Assembly: GCA_958295725.1 (NCBI GenBank)
Contig: OY282368.1
Coordinates: forward strand, 2,946,365 to 3,010,364
Direction of reading: 5' to 3'
Source of the DNA: an uncultured Alphaproteobacteria bacterium
GTDB taxonomy: Bacteria; Pseudomonadota; Alphaproteobacteria; UBA2966
DNA: 64,000 bases
The notes beneath the pieces are model-generated. The model made no database searches. It was given only the letters and a program-made list of their open reading frames with translations, and had not been told where the DNA came from. The stretch's first letter is position 1. Every line of letters begins with the position of its first letter. Both the position numbers and the translations under genes were made by a program. Positions 60,006-64,000 of this stretch are shown here, piece by piece.

Positions 60006-61997
60006 ATGACACCGGAAGTCGGCGAGGCGTCGAAGCGCCTCGACACCTTTCCAAAGGTATTGCTCGATCTCGTGGAGAGACGGCCCGACGGGGTCGCCAT
60101 CCGCGAGAAGGACTACGGCATCTGGCAGTCGTGGACCTGGAAGGAGGCTGCCGCCGAGATCCGGGCGTTCGCCGGCGGCTTGGCGAGTTTCGGCTTCGAG
60201 CGCGGCGACAAGGTCGCCATTGTCGGAGACAACCGTCCACGCCTCTATTGGGCGATGCTGGCGACGCAAGCGCTGGGTGGCGTACCGGTCCCTCTCTATC
60301 AGGACTCGATCGCCGCCGAGATGCAGTACGTGATCGAGCACGCTGGGGTACGGTTCGCGGTCCTCGAGGACCAGGAGCAAGTCGACAAGGTCCTCTCCGT
60401 GAAGGAACGGTGCCCCAGGCTCGAGACGCTCGTCTACAGCGACCCGCGCGGTCTTCGCCACTATCGGGAGCCGTTCCTGTTCTCCTTCGACGAGATTCGG
60501 TCGCGCGGCCGAAAGTTCCACGCCGACGACCCCGACCATTACCGGCGCGAGATATCAAAGGGGCGGGGAGAAGACCTCTCCGTCATCCTGTACACCTCGG
60601 GCACCACCGGCCGGCCCAAGGGCGTGATGCTGAGCAACGACAACGTCATCGTGACGGCGCGCAACGCCAACGCGCTGGAGCGCATACGGGACGACGAGGA
60701 AATCCTCGCCTACCTGCCCATGGCCTGGGTCGGCGACCACTTCTATTCGTATGCCCAGGCGTTGCTGGCGGGATACACGGTGAACTGCCCCGAGAGCGCA
60801 TCGACGGTGATGATCGATCTGCGGGAGATCGGACCCACCAACTTCTTCGCGCCGCCGCGAATCTTCGAGAACCTGATCACCCACGTCATGATCCGCATGG
60901 AGGACGCGGCGTGGATCAAGCGCAAGGCGTTCGACTTCTTCCTCGGCGTGGCCAAGCGGTCGGGCGCCAGGATACTGGAGAAGAAGCCGACGCCGCCCAT
61001 GGACCGGCTTCTCTACGCGCTGGGCGATGTGCTCGTGTACGGACCCTTGAAGGACAGCTTGGGATTCACACGCATCCGAACGGCCTACACGGCGGGCGAG
61101 GCGATCGGGCCCGACATCTTCGAATTCTTCCGCGCGCTCGGCATCAATCTCAAACAGCTCTACGGACAGACGGAAGCGTGCGTCTACGTGACGGTGCAGG
61201 CGGACGACGAGGTCAAGTCCGACACCGTGGGCAAGGCCGGGCCGGGCGTCGAGCTGAAGGTCTCCGACAGCGGCGAGGTCATGTACCGCAGTCCGGGCGT
61301 GTTCCTGGGCTACTACAGGAATCCCGAGGCGACGGCGGAGACGAAGACCGGGGACGGCTGGGTGCACACGGGCGACGCCGGCATCCTCGGCGAGGACGGG
61401 CAACTCAGGATCATCGACCGCGCCAGGGATGTGGGACGGCTCAACGACGGAACGATGTTCGCGCCCAAATACATCGAGAACAAGCTCAAGTTCTTTCCCA
61501 ACGTCAAGGAGGCCGTCACGTTCGGCGACGGGCGGGACTACGTCGGGGCCTTCATCAACATCGACCTGGACGCCGTTTCCAACTGGGCGGAACGCCAGGG
61601 ACTGCCGTACACCAGCTATAACGATCTGGCCGCCAAGGACGAGGTCTATGCGATCGTCCAGGATCACATCGAACAGGTGAACCGTGACCTGGCGAGCGAT
61701 TCGACGCTCGCGGGTTCCCAAATCCGTCGTTTCCTCATCCTGCATAAGGAGCTCGACGCCGACGACGGGGAGCTGACGCGCACCCGGAAGGTTCGCAGGC
61801 GAACGATCGGCGAGCGTTACGACCAGCTCATCGAGGCGCTGTACTCCGATGGGGACAGCGTATCGGTCGAGGCCAAGGTGACGTTCGAGGACGGCCGGGA
61901 AGGCTTCATCAACGCCGATCTCAAGATTCGGGACGCGACGGCCATCGGCCTTCCGACGACGCCCGCCGAGGCCGCCGAACCGCGCGCCGCGAGCTGA
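60006..61997 (+). CDS. long-chain fatty acid--CoA ligase (AMP-binding)
   Basis: YTSGTTGRPKG, YGQTE, HTGDAG, ELTRTRKVRR. Confidence 0.92.
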   Translation: MTPEVGEASKRLDTFPKVLLDLVERRPDGVAIREKDYGIWQSWTWKEAAAEIRAFAGGLASFGFERGDKVAIVGDNRPRLYWAMLATQALGGVPVPLYQDSIAAEMQYVIEHAGVRFAVLEDQEQVDKVLSVKERCPRLETLVYSDPRGLRHYREPFLFSFDEIRSRGRKFHADDPDHYRREISKGRGEDLSVILYTSGTTGRPKGVMLSNDNVIVTARNANALERIRDDEEILAYLPMAWVGDHFYSYAQALLAGYTVNCPESASTVMIDLREIGPTNFFAPPRIFENLITHVMIRMEDAAWIKRKAFDFFLGVAKRSGARILEKKPTPPMDRLLYALGDVLVYGPLKDSLGFTRIRTAYTAGEAIGPDIFEFFRALGINLKQLYGQTEACVYVTVQADDEVKSDTVGKAGPGVELKVSDSGEVMYRSPGVFLGYYRNPEATAETKTGDGWVHTGDAGILGEDGQLRIIDRARDVGRLNDGTMFAPKYIENKLKFFPNVKEAVTFGDGRDYVGAFINIDLDAVSNWAERQGLPYTSYNDLAAKDEVYAIVQDHIEQVNRDLASDSTLAGSQIRRFLILHKELDADDGELTRTRKVRRRTIGERYDQLIEALYSDGDSVSVEAKVTFEDGREGFINADLKIRDATAIGLPTTPAEAAEPRAAS

Positions 61998-62021
61998 CGC
62001 ACCGGCCGGAGCCCTCGCCCC

Positions 62022-62813
62022 ATGACGAACGGAAAGGCCATCGGCGACACGCTCCTTCGCGTCGACAACGTGAGCGTTTCGTTCGGGGCCATCGCCGCCC
62101 TGACGGACGTGAGCTTCGAGATCCGGGAGCACGAAATCCTGGCGATCATCGGTCCCAACGGCGCGGGCAAGACGACCATGCTCAACGTGCTCAACGGCTG
62201 GTATCCGCCGGACCGCGGCGCGGTCGCGCTCCGGGGCGATCGCTTCGCGCGCCTGCGCCCGCACGATGCGGCCCGACTCGGCATCGCGCGCACGTTTCAG
62301 AACGTAGCGCTGTTTCGCGGCATGTCGACGCTCGACAACATCATGACCGGGCGCAACCTCAAGATGAAGCGGCATTTCCTGTGGCAGGCGCTCTATTGGG
62401 GTCCGGGACAGAAGGAGGAGATCGCGCATCGCGAATTCGCCGAGAGGATCATCGACTTCCTCGAGATCGAGGAGATCAGAAAAGTGCCGGCGGGGCGGCT
62501 ACCCTACGGCCTGCAGAAGCGCGTCGAGCTCGGCCGCGCGCTTGCCGCCGAACCGACGTTGCTTCTGCTCGACGAGCCGATGGCCGGCATGAACACCGAG
62601 GAGAAAGAGGATATGTGCCGCTTCATCCTCGACGTGAACGAGGAATTCGGCACCACCATCGCCCTGATCGAGCACGACATGGGCGTCGTCATGGACATCT
62701 CGGACAGGGTGGTCGTGCTCGATTACGGGCGCAAGATCGCCGACGACACGCCGGACGCGGTGCGTAAGAATCAGGACGTGATCAACGCGTATCTGGGCGT
62801 GAGTCATGACTAG
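62022..62813 (+). CDS. ABC transporter ATP-binding protein (LivG-like)
   Basis: GPNGAGKT, ARTFQN, LPYGLQKRVELGRAL, LLLDEP, EHDM. Confidence 0.93.
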   Translation: MTNGKAIGDTLLRVDNVSVSFGAIAALTDVSFEIREHEILAIIGPNGAGKTTMLNVLNGWYPPDRGAVALRGDRFARLRPHDAARLGIARTFQNVALFRGMSTLDNIMTGRNLKMKRHFLWQALYWGPGQKEEIAHREFAERIIDFLEIEEIRKVPAGRLPYGLQKRVELGRALAAEPTLLLLDEPMAGMNTEEKEDMCRFILDVNEEFGTTIALIEHDMGVVMDISDRVVVLDYGRKIADDTPDAVRKNQDVINAYLGVSHD

Positions 62814-62876
62814 AACGGGAGACGTCGGCGCGAGGGACGGGGCCGCGCGCCGCGGAGATTTCCAGGCGGGCATCTG

Positions 62877-63815
62877 ATGGTCGACCTGTTGAGCGATCTG
62901 TTCGTCAACCCGTTCGTGGATATCGCCACCGCGCCGGTCTTCTTCGTCGAGGTCGCGGTCGGCGGCGTCCTCACCGGCGTCATGTACTCGCTGGTGGCGC
63001 TCGGCTTCGTCCTCATTTTCAAGGCCTCGGGCGTGTTCAATTTCGCGCAGGGAATCATGGTGCTGTTCGCGGCACTCACGCTGGTCGGCCTCATGGAGAA
63101 CGGGTTCCCGGTGTGGCTGGCGTTGGTCGCCACCGTGCTCGTCATGATCGTCCTCGCCATGGCGATCGAACGGCTGGTATTGCGGCCGCTCGTCAATCAG
63201 CCCGACATCATCCTGTTCATGGCGACGATCGGCCTGACTTTCTTCCTCGAGGGTTTCGGCGAGATGATCTGGGGCGCCAACGTGAAGGAACTCGACGTGG
63301 GCTTGCCCGAATCGTCGTTCGAGGTCGGCGGCGTGCTGCTCAACGAGTTCGACCTCAGCGCCGCGGTCATCGCGGCGGTCCTCGTCGCCGTTCTCGCTGT
63401 GGCGTTTCAGCGCACCAGGATCGGGCGTGCCCTGCGCGCGGTCGCGGACGACCATCAGGCGGCCCAGTCGGTGGGGATCTCGCTTACCACGATCTGGGTG
63501 ATCGTGTGGTCGGTCGCCGGCATCGTCGCGCTGGTAGCGGGCATCATGTGGGGCGCCAAGAGCGGGGTGCAGTTCAGCCTGTCGCTGATCGCGCTGAAGG
63601 CGCTGCCGGTATTGATCCTCGGCGGTCTCACGTCCGTTCCCGGGGCCATCGCCGGCGGTCTGATCATCGGCGTCGGCGAGAAGATCGCGGAGGTCTACTG
63701 GGGTCCGGCGTTCGGCGGCGCGATCGAGAACTGGTTCGCCTACGTCATCGCCGTGCTCTTCCTCTGGTTCCGGCCGCAGGGCCTGTTCGGCGAACGCATC
63801 ATCGAGAGGGTATGA
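62877..63815 (+). CDS. ABC transporter permease (LivH-like)
   Basis: LVALGFVLIFKASGVFNFAQG, GRALRAVAD, RPQGLFG. Confidence 0.92.
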   Translation: MVDLLSDLFVNPFVDIATAPVFFVEVAVGGVLTGVMYSLVALGFVLIFKASGVFNFAQGIMVLFAALTLVGLMENGFPVWLALVATVLVMIVLAMAIERLVLRPLVNQPDIILFMATIGLTFFLEGFGEMIWGANVKELDVGLPESSFEVGGVLLNEFDLSAAVIAAVLVAVLAVAFQRTRIGRALRAVADDHQAAQSVGISLTTIWVIVWSVAGIVALVAGIMWGAKSGVQFSLSLIALKALPVLILGGLTSVPGAIAGGLIIGVGEKIAEVYWGPAFGGAIENWFAYVIAVLFLWFRPQGLFGERIIERV

Positions 63816-63818
63816 GGC

Positions 63819-64000
63819 ATGCTCTACCGCGAGGCCGGCCAGTTCCACACGACCTACCGGGCCGACCAAGGGATATTCCCCATCCTCCAGGACCGCGTCG
63901 CCGTCGCCGCCGCGCTGGTGGTCGCGTTCGTCGTGGTCCCCATGATCGCCAACGAGTACTGGCTACAGGCGATCCTGATCCCGTTCCTGATCCTGGCGCT
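63819..64000 (+). CDS. ABC transporter permease (LivM-like), partial
   Basis: MLYREAGQFHTTYRADQGIFPI followed by hydrophobic segments; runs off the window end. Confidence 0.85.
   Translation, partial: MLYREAGQFHTTYRADQGIFPILQDRVAVAAALVVAFVVVPMIANEYWLQAILIPFLILA

Overview
High-GC (about 70% by eye) alphaproteobacterial chromosome segment, probably Rhodospirillales-like given the gene order murA-DUF2948-hisG-hisD-UPF0262-LMW phosphatase-infA-maf-rng-yacG-tRNA-Phe and acnA-DUF1223. The housekeeping block (1-11.7 kb) has two oxygenase genes (TauD-like, HpaB-like) just 5' of tRNA-Phe and tRNA-Thr. It is followed by a solitary ~1360-aa type IIG-like restriction-modification gene at the tRNA-Thr 3' end and a long catabolic region: aldehyde dehydrogenases, an LLM monooxygenase with two hydrolases, ald/mmsA, a haloalkane dehalogenase, two beta-oxidation modules, a xanthine-dehydrogenase-family trimer, a sulfatase, and an acyl-CoA ligase with a Liv-type ABC transporter. 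The most interesting element is a low-GC island (~38.8-42.4 kb) with a compact three-gene unit: an LtaS/EptA-like membrane enzyme frameshifted at a G9 tract, a small YLDPGTG membrane protein, and a NoeA-like kinase-fold/methyltransferase fusion interrupted by an in-frame TGA. It is a candidate uncharacterised surface-modification system that is decaying or switched off. Nearby are gene relics (VOC fragment, livF pseudogene, IS1595 fragment) and long poly-G tracts. All family calls come from motif recognition by eye, with no database searches. Start codons were refined manually and are approximate.
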